Below, one piece after another: positions 9,196 through 22,500 of a stretch of 64,000 nt of DNA. Position numbers and translations under genes: made by a program. Location of the stretch: NCBI RefSeq assembly GCF_030028105.1, contig NC_092388.1, positions 32,545,684 to 32,609,683 on the forward strand, given 5' to 3'. Positions within the stretch are counted from its first letter, which is position 1. Each line of letters opens with the position of its first letter. Origin of the DNA: Mobula birostris. Its lineage: Eukaryota. The notes under the pieces were generated by a model. The model was not told the DNA's origin, ran no database searches, and was given only the letters and a program-made list of their open reading frames with translations.

Positions 9196-12100
9196 CCTAT
9201 CCTCTTCCTCGGGTGCAAGGGTCAGCGATGTCTCGGAGAGGCTGCAGGGCATTCTGAAAGGGAAGGGTGAGCAGCCAGCTGTCATGGTGCATGTAGTTAC
9301 TAACGATATAGGAAGAAAGCGGGATGAGGTCCGACAAGCTGAATTTAGGGAGCTAGGAGATAAATTAAAGAGTAGGACCTCAAAGGTAATCATCTCAGGA
9401 TTATTACCAGTGCCGCGCGCTAGCCAGAGCTGGAATAGCAGGATGGCTAGAATGAATACGTGGCATGAGCAGTGGTGCAGGAGGGAGGGTTGGAACCGCT
9501 TCTGGGGGAGGTGAGACCAGTACTGTCCCGATGGTCTACATCTGGGCAGGGCCGGGATCAATGTCCTAGGGAGATTGTTTGCTAGTGCTGTTGGGGAGGT
9601 TTTAAACTAATATGGCAGGGAGATGGGAACCGACGCAGAAAAGAAGAGAGAAGTGGTGCAGAGACCAAAGCTAGAGTTAGTGAAGAAAAAAGTAAGAATA
9701 GAGTACATAAAAGTAAAAAGCAAAAATCGCATAGGTCACTAGATTCTAAAAGGACAATGAGTATAAGGGCACTTTATCTAAACGCTCGTAGTATTAGAAA
9801 CAAAGTTAGAAAACTTGCAGCACAGATCAGTACCAAGGCATACGATTTAGTGGCCATTACAGAAACCTGGCTGCAAGGTGGAGATGACTGGGAATTAAAT
9901 ATCCAAGGGTATCAGGTAATACGGAAAGATAGGCTGGAAGGCAGAGGAGGTGGGGATTAGGGATGAGATCAGGGCGATTATGGGAGACTATATAAGATCT
10001 GCAGAGCAGAACGTTGAGTCCATCTGGGTAGAGATTAAGAATAGTAAAGGGAAAGAAAATCGCTGGTGGGAGTTGTCTATAGGCCGCCTAATAAAAATAT
10101 TGTAGTGGCAGAGGCGATTACCCAAGAATTAACTGAGGCTTGTAAGAATGGAACAGCAGTTGTCATGGGGGATTTTAACTTCCACATAGATTGGGTGAAT
10201 CAGGTTGGTCAAGGAAGTCTTGAGGAGGACTTCATCCATGATGGCTTTCTTGAGCAGCATGTTAGTGAACCTACAAGGAAAAATAGTATCTTAGATCTAG
10301 TCCTGTGCAATGAGGTGGGTAAGATTAACGATCTTGGAATCCTCTTGGAACGAGCGATTATAGTATGATTGAATTTCGCATTCAAATGGAGGATGAAATA
10401 GATCTAAAACTGGTGTTTTATGCTTGAACAAGGGAGACTACAATGGGATGAGGGAGGAGTTGACTAATGTGGATTGGGAGCACAGGCTATTTGGTAGGAC
10501 AGTTGAGGAACAGTGGAATGCTTTCAAAGAGATTTTTCACAGTGCTCAACAAACGTATATTCCAGTCAAAAGTAAGGACAGTAAGTGTGGGGAGAGTCAG
10601 CCTTGGATAACTAAAGAAATAAAAGACAGTATCAAATTAAAAGCTCATGTGTACAAAGTCGCAAAGAGTAGTGGGAGACTGGAGGATTGGGAAAACTAAA
10701 AAGAAACAGAGGACAATTAAACAAGAAATAAGGAAAGGGAAGATAGAGTATGAAAGTAAATTAGCTCAAAATATGAAAACAGATAGCAAAAGTTTTTATG
10801 AATATATAGAGCAGAAAAGGGTGGCTAAAGTCAACATAGGTCCCTTGGAAGACGAGAAGGGGAAATTGATATTGGGTGATAAGGAAATGGCTGAGGCATT
10901 GAACGACTATTTTATGTCGGTCTTCACGGTGAAGGATACGTCTAATATGCCAAAGAAGGATGTTAAGAACAAAATGGGAGGTGAGGACCTCGATAAAATC
11001 ACTGTCACTAAAGAGATAGTGATGAGCAAACTAGAGGGCCTGAAGGTAGAGAAGTCCCCTGGTCCAGATGGGATGCATCCCAGGGTGCTGAAGGAACTGG
11101 TGGAGGTTATAGTGGATGTGTTGGTAAGCATTTATAAAAATTCTCTGGACTCTGGGCAGGTCCCAGTGGATTGGAAGACAGCAAATGTCACGCCACTTTT
11201 TAAAAAAGGATGTGGGCAAAAGATGGGCAACTATAGACCAATTAGCTTAACATCTGTAGTCAGGAAAATGCTTGAAGCTGTCATTGAGAAAGAAATAGCG
11301 AAACATTTAGAAAGGAGGGGTTCCATTAGACAGACACAGCATAGATTCAGAAAGGGCAGGTCCTGTTTGACAGACTTACTGGAGCTCTTTGAGGACATAA
11401 TGAGTGCAGTGGATAGAGGGGAACAGGTGAATGTTGTATACTTGGATTTCCAGAAGGTGTTCGATAAGGTGCCGCACAAGAGACTTATAAATAAGATAGG
11501 GATGCATGGAGTTGGAGGAAGTGTATTGGCATGGATAGTGGATTGGTTAACTAATAGAAGGCAGAGAGTTGGTATAAATGGGTGTTTCTCCGGTTGGCAG
11601 TCAGTGGTGAGTGGGGTGCCGCAGGGGTCAGTGCTGGGCCCACAGCTGTTTACCATTTACATTGATGATTTGGAAGAGGGGACTGAGTGTAGCGTCGCAA
11701 ACTTTGCTGATGACACTAAACTGAGTGGAAAAGCAAATTGTACAGAGGATGTGGAGAGTCTGCAGAGGGATATAGATAGGTTAAGCAAGTGGGCCAAGGT
11801 CTGGCAGATGGAATACAACGTTGGTAAATGTGAGATCATCCACTTTGGAAGGAATAATAGAAGAGTGGATTATTATTTAAATGTTGAAAGATTGCAGCAT
11901 GCTGTTGTGCAGGGGGACTTGGGGTGCTTGTTCATGAATCGCAAAAGGTTGGCTTGCAGGTACAACAGGTTATTAAGAAGGCAAACGGAATGTTGGCCTT
12001 CATTGCTAGAGGGATTGAATTCAAGAGCAGGGAGGTCATGCTGCAACTATACAGGGTACTGGTGAGGCCTCACGTGGAGTACTGTGTGCAGTTCTGGTCT

Positions 12101-12609
12101 CCATACTTGAGGAAGGGTATACTGACTTTGGAGGCAGTGCAGAGGAGGTTCACCAGGTTGATTCCAGGGATGAAGGGGTATCGCCTGGGACTATACTCTC
12201 TGGAATTCAGGAGAATGAGAGGGGATCTTATAGAAACATTCAAAATTTTGATAGATAAAATAGAAGTAGGAAAGTTGATTCCATTGGTAGATGAGACTAG
12301 AACTGGGGGACATTGCCTGAAGATTCAGGGGAGAAGATTTAGGACAGAGATGAGGAGAAACTGATTTTCCCAGAGAGTGGTGAATCTGTGGAATTCTCTG
12401 CCTAGGGAAGCAGTTGAGGCTTCTTCACTAAATATAGTTAAGAAACAGTTAGATAGGTTTTTACATAGTAAGGGAATTAAGGGTTATGGGGAAAAGGCAG
12501 GTAAATGCATCTGAGTTTACGGACAGATCAGCCATGATCTTATTCAATGGCGGGGCAGGCTCGATGGGCCGGATGGCCTACTCCTGCTCCTATTTCTTAT
12601 GTTCTTATG
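9196..12609 (+). mobile_element. Near full-length CR1 LINE (ORF1 esterase part, ORF2 APE and RT), frameshifted
   Basis: ORF1 VHVVTNDIG...KVIISGLLP (SGNH-like); APE YLNARSIRNK, AITETWL, MGDFN; RT NYRPISLTS, YLDFQKVFDKVPH, GVPQGSVLGP, FADDTKL (10647-12065); ttcttatg tandem tail. Confidence 0.95.
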
Positions 12610-12921
12610 TAGACGACCGTATTGACCAGGTTGGCTCCACGTCCTTTGTCACTAAATGAGATCACTTAAAGGACTATTGGCAAGTGCCATTAACCCAGCA
12701 AGCCCGTGAGATTTCTGCTTTTGTGACTCCTAATGCTTTTTGCCAGTACCACTCCTGCTCCTATTTCTTATGTTCTTATGTAGACGACCGTATTGACCAG
12801 GTTGGCTCCACGTCCTTTGTCACTAAATGAGATCACTTAAAGGACTATTGGCAAGTGCCATTAACCCAGCAAGCCCGTGAGATTTCTGCTTTTGTGACTC
12901 CTAATGCTTTTTGCCAGTACC
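12580..12921. repeat. Exact 171-bp tandem duplication spanning the CR1 tail/Gypsy junction
   Basis: 12580-12750 is repeated at 12751-12921. Confidence 0.9.
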
Positions 12922-14180
12922 AGGTCATGGCTTTTGGAATGAGGAATACAGCAGCAACTTTTCAGGGTCTGGTCAATAAGGTGCTGGAGGGAGTTGCAGG
13001 TTGTGATGCTTACCTTGATGATTTGGTAAATTACAGCTCTATCTGGTCTCAACATCAAGCCCAGGTAGAACAGGAGTTCAAGTGGCTTGTGGTTGCAAAT
13101 TTGACCCTGAACCTCTCCAGGTATGAATTTGGGCAAACTATACTTACTGACCTGGGTAAAGTTGTAGGCTAGGGTCAAGTCTGCCCTACTGGGGCTAAAA
13201 TAGAGCCTATTGTGAACTTTGCTGTGTCAGCATCCCAGAGAGATCTGAAACGGTTCCTCCGGATGGCAGGTTACTGTTGGAAATTTTTGCAGAACTTTTC
13301 CACTGTTCCTGCACCCTTAACTTTCCTGCTTAGTCCCAAGGTTCCTTATTTTTGGACGGAATTATGTCAGTGTGCCTTTGAGAATTTGAAGGCATTGCTG
13401 AGTAGTTCTCCTGTCTGAGCAGCTCCTGAGCTCAGTAGGGCCTTTAAGCTAGCTGTTGATGCTAATGATGTTGGTGTCAGAGCTGTGTTTCTCCAAGATA
13501 ATTTGCAGGGTGTGAGCATCTGTGAAATCTGAGGTCTATCAGAAGCTCTACTCACAATAGAGGAGGAGGCCTTAGTCATTATTCTTGCCCTGAATCATTC
13601 TGATTTTTTTCCCCAATTTTCCACTCATTGTGTAATACAGACCATAGCCGTCTGGACTTTCTCCACAGCATGAGGAATTCTAACCAGTGTTTAATGTGCT
13701 GGAGTTTATTCCTGCGGGGTATGACCTGAAGCTTTGCCACATCTGTGGAAGGGACAATGTGCTAGCAGATGCCCTTTTGAAGTTGTAAGTGTATCTGACA
13801 TCTGCTTGCATCCTATATCCTTTATTGAACAGACTGTATGCATTATTGGGTTAGCTATAGTTTGCCCCAGAGCAACCTCTTTAAGAGTGGTGATGTTATG
13901 TCCTGTACATTTCCTGGCCCGTGTTTCCTCTTTAACCTGTGTTGCAGTTCCTGGGGTGCCTGCAATTACCCTTCCATTACCGGAACCTGCTGGGGACTGC
14001 AGAAAAACAAGGCCATTCCCACTCCTACTCTCCCTATCTCCCATTCTGCAGCCAGCACTACCACAGCACACATCACTCTTTTTTCCTTTACCTTAACTTT
14101 AATTTAATAAATACCTTTTGTTTGTAATGCCTGTTATGTCTTGACTCCTTTGTGTTACCTCGCGAGCTGAAGTTGTAACA
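12610..14180 (+). mobile_element. Decayed Gypsy element (RT/RNase H) with 3' LTR at ~13894-14180
   Basis: YWQVPLT...SAFVTP...YQVMAFGMRNTAATFQ...AYLDDL; LKRFL.MAGY; VDANDVG; purine tract followed by TG...CA LTR containing AATAAA at ~14106. Confidence 0.8.
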
Positions 14181-17100
14181 TGCACTATAGCTCAATAAGT
14201 AAATAAAATTCAATTTCTAGACCTGTTGCTACCCCAGTGCAGAGGTACTATATTATTTTTCAATTCAGTTCATTGCATTTAATACATAAATATTCCTCTA
14301 AAATGTTACTTATGTTGCATAATCCTAGAAGGATTAGTCCACGAGGACCCAACTATTACGCTTGATGTTGGATGGCCTACTGTTATTTTTTTTCCATGTT
14401 CCTTGATGGTTCAAATCTTCACCTGATTCTCCCTATTAGATAAAGCAAGCTCCTGAGCCAGCTCTGGATCATATTAGAAACGTTTTCTGCAATTGGGAGA
14501 AAATATTGAAATATGATTTTTAGTAATTAACATGAAAATAAAAGAGAACATAAAAATGACAGGAAAATTCACGCACAGATGCAAGCCTGTTTATGTTGGG
14601 CCAAGTGTGGCAGGTTACCTAATCAGGATGTGGAACATCAGCTAGAACCTTCTTTCAAGGTTTGTGGACCAGCTGTGGGTTCATTCGATGTTCCCATAAG
14701 GAACTGAACAAATGTGGAACCAATACTTCCTGGTCTACAGTCAGAATTAGAGCCTCTCCCTTTCCTTTCCTTTCAAGATTTCTCAGTTTGCTTTATAGTC
14801 ATTTGTACTTATGAAATATAGAATATAGAAATCTACAGTACATTTCAGGGCCCCCTTCGGCCCAAATATTGTGCTGACCAATTAACCTACTCTAGAAACC
14901 GCCTAGAATTACCCTACCGCATAGCCCTCTATTTTTCTAAGCTCCATGTACCTATCTAAGAGTCCCTTAAAAGACCCGATCATATCCACCTCCACCACCG
15001 TTGCTGGCAGTGGATTCCGTGCACCTACCACTCTGTATGTGAAAAACTTACCCCTGACATACCCCTTGTACCTACTTCCAAGCACCTTAAAATGATGCCC
15101 CCTTGTGTTAGCCATTTCAGCCCTGGGAAAAAGCCTCTGGCAGTTCACATGATCAAAGCATGTCATCATCTTGTATACCTCTATCAGGTCAGCTCTTATC
15201 CTCTGTTACTCCAAAGAAAAAAGACCAAGTTCACTCAACCTATTCACATAAGGCAAGCTCTGCAATCCAGGCAATATCCTTGTAAATCTCCTCTGTACAC
15301 TCTCTATATTATCCACATCCTTCCTGTAGTGAGGTGACCAGAACTGAACACAGTCCTCCAAGTGGGATCTGACCAAGGTCTGATATAGCTGTAACATTAC
15401 CTCACGGCTCTTGAACTCAATCCCACGGTTGATGAAGGCCAACACATCATACGCCTTCTTAACAATACTGTCAACCTGCACAGCAGCTTTGAGTGTCCTA
15501 TGGACACGGACCCCAACATCTCGCTGATCCTCCACACTGTCAAGAGTCTTAACATTAATATTTTATTTTGTCTTCAAATTTGATCTACCAAAATGAACCA
15601 CTTCACACTTAACTGGGTTGAACTCCATTCATCCAATCGATGTCCTGCTGTAACTTCTGACAACCCACCAGACTATCCACAGCACCTCCAACTTTTGTGT
15701 CATCAGCAAACTTACTAACCCACCCTTCTGCTTCTTCATCCAGGTCATTTATAAAAATTACAAAGAGGAGGGGCCCCAGAACAGATCCCTGCAGAACACC
15801 ACTGGTCACCAACCTCCATACAGAATACAAACCATCTACGACCACCCTTTGCCTTCTGTGGACAAGCCAACTCTGGATCTACAAAGCAATGTCTTCTTGG
15901 ATCCCATGCCTCATTACTTTCTGAATGAGCCTTGCATGGGGAACCTTATCAAATGCCTTACTGAAATCCATAGGCACTATATCCATGGCTCCACCTTCAC
16001 CAATGTGTTTTGTTACATCCTCAAAGAATTCAATTAGGTTCATAAGGCTTGACCTGCCCTTGACAAAGCCATGCTGACTATCTCTAATCAGATTATGTCT
16101 CTCCAAATGCTCGTAGATCCTGCCTCTCAGGATCTTCTCCAACAACTTGCCCACCACTGCGGTAAGACTCACTGGTCTATAATTTCCTGGGTTATCTCTA
16201 CTCCCTTTCTTGAACAAGGGGACCACATTTACAAACTTTCATTCCTCTGGTACTTCACCCATCCATATTGATGATACAAAGGTCATCGCTAGAGGCTGAG
16301 CAATCTCCTCCCTTGCTTTCCACAGCCTGGGGTATATCTCATCCTGTCCTGTTGGCTTATCTAACTTAATACCTTTCAACAGCTCCAGCGTATCCTCTTT
16401 CTTAAAGTCTATACATTACAGTCTGCTGTAAGTCATCCCACAATTGCCAAGGTCCTTTTCACTGGTGAATACTAAAGCAAAGTATTCATTAAGTACCTCC
16501 GCTACCTCCTTGGCTCCATGCACTTGTTTCCACTATTGCACCTGATTGGTCCTATTCTCACACGGCTCAACCTCTTGCTCTTCACATCCTTGGAGAATGC
16601 CTTGGGGTTTTCCTTAATCCTGCTCACTAAGGCCTTCTCGAGCCTTCTAGCTCTCCTAATTTCATGACAAGACCTTGGTGAGTAGGGTAAAGGAAAACCC
16701 CAAGGCATTCTTCAATTAAGTGAAGAACAAAAGGATGACAGGAGTGAAGGTAGGACGGATTAGAGATAAACGTGGGAAGATGTGCCTGGAGGCTGTGGAA
16801 GTGAGCGAGGTCCTCAATGAATACTTCTCTTTGGTATTCACCAGTGAGAGGGAACTTGATGACTGTGAGGACAATATGAGTGAGGTTTGTGTTCTGGAGC
16901 ATGTTGATATTAAGGGAGAGGAGGTGTTGGAGTTGTTAAAATACATTAGGATGGATAAGTCCCCGGGGCCTGACAGAATATTCCCCAGGCTGCTCCACGA
17001 GGCAAGAGAAGAGATTGCTGAGCCTCTGGCTAGGATCTTTATGTCTTCGTTGTCCACGGAAATGGTACCAGAGGATCGGAGGGAGGCGAATGTTGTCCCC

Positions 17101-18707
17101 TTGTTCAAAAAAGGTAGTAGGGATAGTCCGGGTGATTATAGACCAGTGAGCCTTACGTCTGTGGTGGGAAAGCTGTTGAAAAAGATTCTTAGAGATAGGA
17201 TCTATGGGCATTTAGAGAATCATGGTCTGATCAGGGCAGTCAGCATAGCTTTGTGAAGGGCAGATCATATTTAACAAGCCTGATAGTGTTCTTTGAGGAG
17301 ATGACCAGGCATATAGATGAGGGTAGTGCAGTGGATGTGATCTACATGGATTTTAGTAAGGCATTTGACAAGGTTCCACATGGTAGGCTTATTCAGAAAG
17401 TCAGAAGGCATGGGATCCAGGGAAGTTTGGCCAGGTGGATTCAGAATTGGCTTGCCTGCGGAAGGCAGAGGTGGTGGTGGAGGGAGTACATTCAGATTGG
17501 AGGATTGTGACTAGTGGTGTCCCACAAGGATCTCTTCTGGGACCTCTACTTTTCGTGATTTTTATTAACGACCTGGATGTGGGGTAGAAGGGTGGGTTGG
17601 CAAGTTTGCAGATGACACAAAGGTTGGTGATGTTGTGGATAGTGTAAAGGATTGTCAAAGATTGCAGAGAGACATTGATGGGATGCAGAAGTGGACTGAG
17701 AAGTGGCGGATGGAGTTCAACCCGGAGAAGTGTGAGGTGGTACACTTTGGAAGGACAAACTCCAAGGCAGACTACAAGGTAAATGGCAGGATACTTGGTA
17801 ATGTGGAGGAGCAGAGGGATCTGGGGGTGCATGTCCAAAGATCCCTGAAAGTTGCCTCACAGGTGGATAGGGTAGTTAAGAAAGCTATGGGGTGTTAGTT
17901 TTCATAAGTCAAAAGATAGAGTTTAAGAGTCGCGAGGTAATGATGCAGCTGTATAGAACTCTAGTTAGGCCACACTTGGAGTACTGTGTCCAGTTCTTGT
18001 CGCCTCCCTATAGGAAGGATGTGGAAGCATTGGAAAGGGTACAGAGGAGATTTACCAGGATGCTGCCTGGTTTAGAGAGTATGCATTATGATCAGAGATT
18101 AAGGGAGCTAGGGCTTTACTCTTTGGAGAGAAGGAGGATGAGAGAGACATGATAGAGGTATACAAGATATTAAGAGGAACAGACAGAGTGGATAGCCAGC
18201 GCCTCTTCTCCAGGGCACCACTGCTCAATACAAGAGGACATGGTTTTAAGGTAAGGGGTGGGAAGTTCAAGGGGGATATTAGAGGAAGGTTTTTTACTCA
18301 GAGAGTGGTTGGTGTGTGGAATGCACTGCCTGAGTCAGTGGTGGAGGCAGATACACTTGTGAAATTTAAGAGACTACTAGACAGGTATATGGAGCAATTT
18401 AAGGTGGAGGCTTATATGGAAGGCAGGCAGGGCCGGATTAAGCTAGTGCAGGGCCTGTAGCATATGTTATAAAGGGGCCCTAAATTTAAAAAATGCACAT
18501 AAGTATTAAAACATAAATTATTTACTTGCATAGTGAAGTAATTAAATTTTTTCATTTGCTATACAGCCAGATAATATGACAAATTTCTGACACTTCAGTA
18601 ATAGTATTACTTACCTGTAGGTATCAATTTCAAATATCAAAAATAACAAAACTACTATTTAAAAGTTACATTTTCTAGATGTAGCATGAGCAAATTTGTT
18701 GGTGATA

Positions 18708-19515
18708 CAGGTGCACATTCCTTTATCCGAAATTCTGAAATCCAAAAATGCTCCGAAAACCAAAGTTTTTTTCTCCAACAGCTGACAACAGTCAGGTGTG
18801 ACATGGCAGCACGAGCAGAGGCTGCCAGATGTCAGCTGTGGCTCAGCGCTCATACTGGTTACAGGTGCATTTACTGTTCGCTGGTATTTTGTGTTCACTG
18901 TTAACTTTGTGTTTAATTTCACAGTGAAAATGTCAAAAAGAGCTGCAGATACCCCAATGGGTAACAATGAGAAAAAGAGAAGGAATCTTCTCTGTCAATA
19001 ACGCAGAAAGTGGAGTTATTGCAGAAGCTTGATCGTGGTGTGTCTGTGTGGCGTCTTACTGAAGAAAGTAGTGTTGGAACTACCACTGTATATGATTTAA
19101 ATAAACAGAAAGACAAGTTACTGAAGTTTTATAGTGACAGTGACGTTCTACATTTATTCCAATAAGTCATTTACCATGTGTTTGATTCGGTTTGTTTGAA
19201 GCTGTATATTTTTATGTTTTATCGAATGTTTTTGTTNNNNNNNNNNNNNNNNNNNNNNNNNNNNNNNNNNNNNNNNNNNNNNNNNNNNNNNNNNNNNNNN
19301 NNNNNNNNNNNNNNNNNNNNNNNNNNNNNNNNNNNNNNNNNNNNNNNNNNNNNNNNNNNNNNNNNNNNNNNNNNNNNNNNNNNNNGTCCTAAAGTCCACT
19401 GAACTGAACCAGGTTAAATAAGGTATCGGGGCGGTGGGGGGTCTGAAATCCGAAAAATTCTGAATTCCAAAATGCAACTGGCCCCAAGGATTTTGGATAA
19501 GGGATTGTGGACCTG
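18708..19515 (+). mobile_element. Tigger/pogo (Tc1-mariner) element nested in the hAT
   Basis: TA TSDs; TIRs CAGGTGCACATTCCTTTATCCGAAAT / CAGGTCCACAATCCCTTATCCAAAAT; CENP-B-type HTH start MSKRAADTPMGNNEKKRR...QKVELLQKLDRGVSV...VGTTTVYDL. Confidence 0.85.
19237..19385. other. Assembly gap (N run)
   Basis: 149 N bases. Confidence 1.
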
Positions 19516-22500
19516 TATTGGAAATGTCTATTTCACACAGAAGTTCATGTTCAATGCTCATTAGAGTGAGATTGTTTAATCTGTTTTGACCCTTCATGCT
19601 CCTTATTTCATTTTTAATCCTTTTCAGTTTTGAAAATGAGCATTCTCCACCGCAGTTATTAACCGTGAGTGACAAATAGATGTGCTAGGTATTTTCTACA
19701 TTTGGAAAACATGACTCCAAAGAATTGTCAGTTATCAAACAGTACAACTGTAACTCTACAAGGTCTTTTTTGCCACCAATATGAGAAGCAAGATCAGTTT
19801 TCAACAGTTCAGTAAACTGCACAAATTCTTCATCAAGACTTTCTTCTAGATCTTCCGGATATGATTTAATAAGATCTGATGACCTCTTTACGATCTCTTC
19901 TGGTGTAAATGACTGTAACTGATGAAGGAATCCAAAAACACCATTCACCTTTAGATAAGCTTTCTGCCTTTTTGACAGGGCAGAAAGCAAGCTGTCAATA
20001 ATGGCAAGAAATGTTCGGTTTTTAAACTTCTGAGAAGGGGTTTGAGATTCAACAAGTGGATCAAGAGTGCTGGAACCACTGAAATCATCATACGCGCGAT
20101 TTTGCTTGTGTTTTCTTCGAGTTTGCTGTTGATAATCTTCACACTTAGCCAGATCCTTGGCTTTTTGCTCACTGTCTGAAAAAGTAGACCGCATAGCTTG
20201 AATATATCCATGCAAGGATTCATAGAGTGCACAAGCTGTGTTCAAGTCTTGGCCAGAAGATTGCAAAGAAGCACTGGTCATACTTCATCATGGTTGAAAG
20301 TAGTCCACGAGCCTGTTGTCGACACTCTGCCTTCTTATCATTGTTATTTGAAATGTCATCCAAGACTTGTTTTATTGCAGAAAAGCTGTGTAAAAGTGCT
20401 TTTGTTGCATCTGTACGAGCTGACCTCCTGGTATCAGACATTCTTTTCACAATGGGCAAATGAGCACCACCATCAGATAATGCAGCAGAAAGGAGATTCC
20501 ACCGATAAGTAGAAGCAGAAAAAAAATGTGTACAGGCTTTCTACAAATTGAAAGAAAATTAATGCTTCTTGACAACATTCAGCAGCACATTTTCCAACCA
20601 AATTTAGTGAATGTGCAAAACATGGAATGTAATCCGCAAACTCATTTAGCTCTTTAATTCGTGCTTGTAAGCCACTCTACTTGCCACTCATGTTGCTGGC
20701 ATTGTCATAACTTTGACCACGGCAGTCTTTTATATCAATGTCATTTTCCTTTAAAAAGTCAAGTAAACTTTGAGTGAGCTGCTCAGCACTATGACCTTCC
20801 ATATCCGAAAACTTCACAATCTCTCAACTGGTCTAGATGGCAAAACATAGTGCACAGTCAAAGTTAGTGGCGTAACAGTGCACGCTGCAGCGGCTTGGGA
20901 GCGTGGGAGACGGCACAAAAGTCACCACGACACAGCAAGGAGCCAACACACGCCTGCACACACATACCATGCAGCATGCAGCTCCCCCGACATGAAAACA
21001 ACAGCGTTGCCAGATCGTCATGAGAATACGGTGAGATGCCGATTTCACCAGACTGCAGCTTGCAAGCATTTAGTGTGGGGCCCGTAGCTTATGCTACTTT
21101 TGCTACTAGGTTAATCCGGCACTGGAGGCAGGGTTTGAGGGTTGGCACAACATTGTGGGCCGAAGGGCCTGTACTGTGCTGTACTATTCTATATTCTATT
21201 CTTGAGCTCCTTCTTGGCACCCTTGTAATTTTCTAGACCTCTATAAGTACCTAGTCTCTTGAATCTTTCATAAGCTTTTCTTCTTAACTAGATTTTCGAC
21301 ATCCTTTGTACACCTGAACATTGGCCACATTTCTGCCATGCATTTCCCTGAGTTGATCTGCTCCCAATTTATGTTCCCAAGTTCCTGCCTAATAGCATCA
21401 TGTAGCCCCCTACCCCAATCAAGCTTTCCCAAATTGTCTACTCCTATCCCTCTCCAGCACCATGGTAAAGGAGATAAGAGTTGTGATCAGTACTTCCAAA
21501 ATGCTCTCCCACCGAGAGACCAGGTTCATTTCTCAATACCAGATCAAGTACAGCCTCTCCTCTAGTTGGCTTATCTACATATTGTGTCAGGAAACCTTCC
21601 TGAACACACGTAACAAACGCCAGCCCAGCTAAACTCCTTGCTCTAAGGAGATGCCAGTCAAAATTAGGAAAGTTAAAATCACCCATCACAACAACCCTAT
21701 TACTATTGCATTGTTCCAGAGTCTGACTCCCTATCTGCTCCTTAATGTCTCCTTTACTATTTGGGGGCGGGGGGGGGGGAGTCTATAAAAAACACCCAGT
21801 AGAGTTATTGCCCAATTCCTATTTTTGACTTTCACCCTCAGTGACTCAGTAGATAATCTCTCTATGACTTCCTCCTTTTCTGCAGCTGTGAGAATATCCC
21901 TGATTAGCAATGCCACACCCCCAACTCTTTTGTCTTCCTCCCTGTCCTTTTTGAAACATCTAAAGCCTGGCACATTCAGCAGCCATTCCTGCCCCTCCCA
22001 GGTCTCTACAGAGACACAACATCATAGTTCCATATATTGATCCACACTCTAAGTTCATCTGCCTTGTTTATGATACTCCTTGTATTAAAATAGACACATC
22101 TCAAACCATCAGGCTGAGTGCATCTTTGCTCTAATATCTGCCTATCCTTCCTCACAAACTCCCTACAAGCTATCTCTACTTGTGCACTAACCACCCCATC
22201 CTCTGCCTCTTCACTTCGGTTCCTATCCCCTGCAAATCTTGTTTAAACCCTGCCCAACAGCATTAGCAGACCTCCCTCCCAGGAGATTAGTTCCCCTCCA
22301 GTTCAGATGTAACCTGTCCCACTTGTACAGGTCAGCCCTTCTCTAGAAAAGGTTCCAATGATCCAAGAACTTGAAACCTGGCCCCCTGCAGCATCTCCTC
22401 AGCCACTCATTCATCTGCACTATCTTCCTGTTCTGACCTTCACTAGCTCGTTGCACCAGGAGCAATCTGGAGATTACCACCAGAGGTCCTGCTCTTCAGC

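Larger units (their letters stand above)
18428..21124 (-). mobile_element. hAT DNA transposon with TIRs and 8-bp TSD, decayed transposase
   Basis: TIRs CAGGGCCGGATTAAGCTAGT / CAGTGCCGGATTAACCTAGT; TSD AAGGCAGG/GAGGCAGG; hAT dimerization-like ECSFSKLKRIKNEIRS..Q.RLNNLTLMSIE and SDTR(R)SAR motifs. Confidence 0.9.
16664..21199 (+). mobile_element. 5'-truncated CR1 LINE inserted into the older CR1, itself interrupted by a hAT in its 3' UTR
   Basis: RT ORF fragments 16720-18460; the 3' UTR resumes at 21125 (gaggcagggtttgagg...) and ends in an attct tail. Confidence 0.9.
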
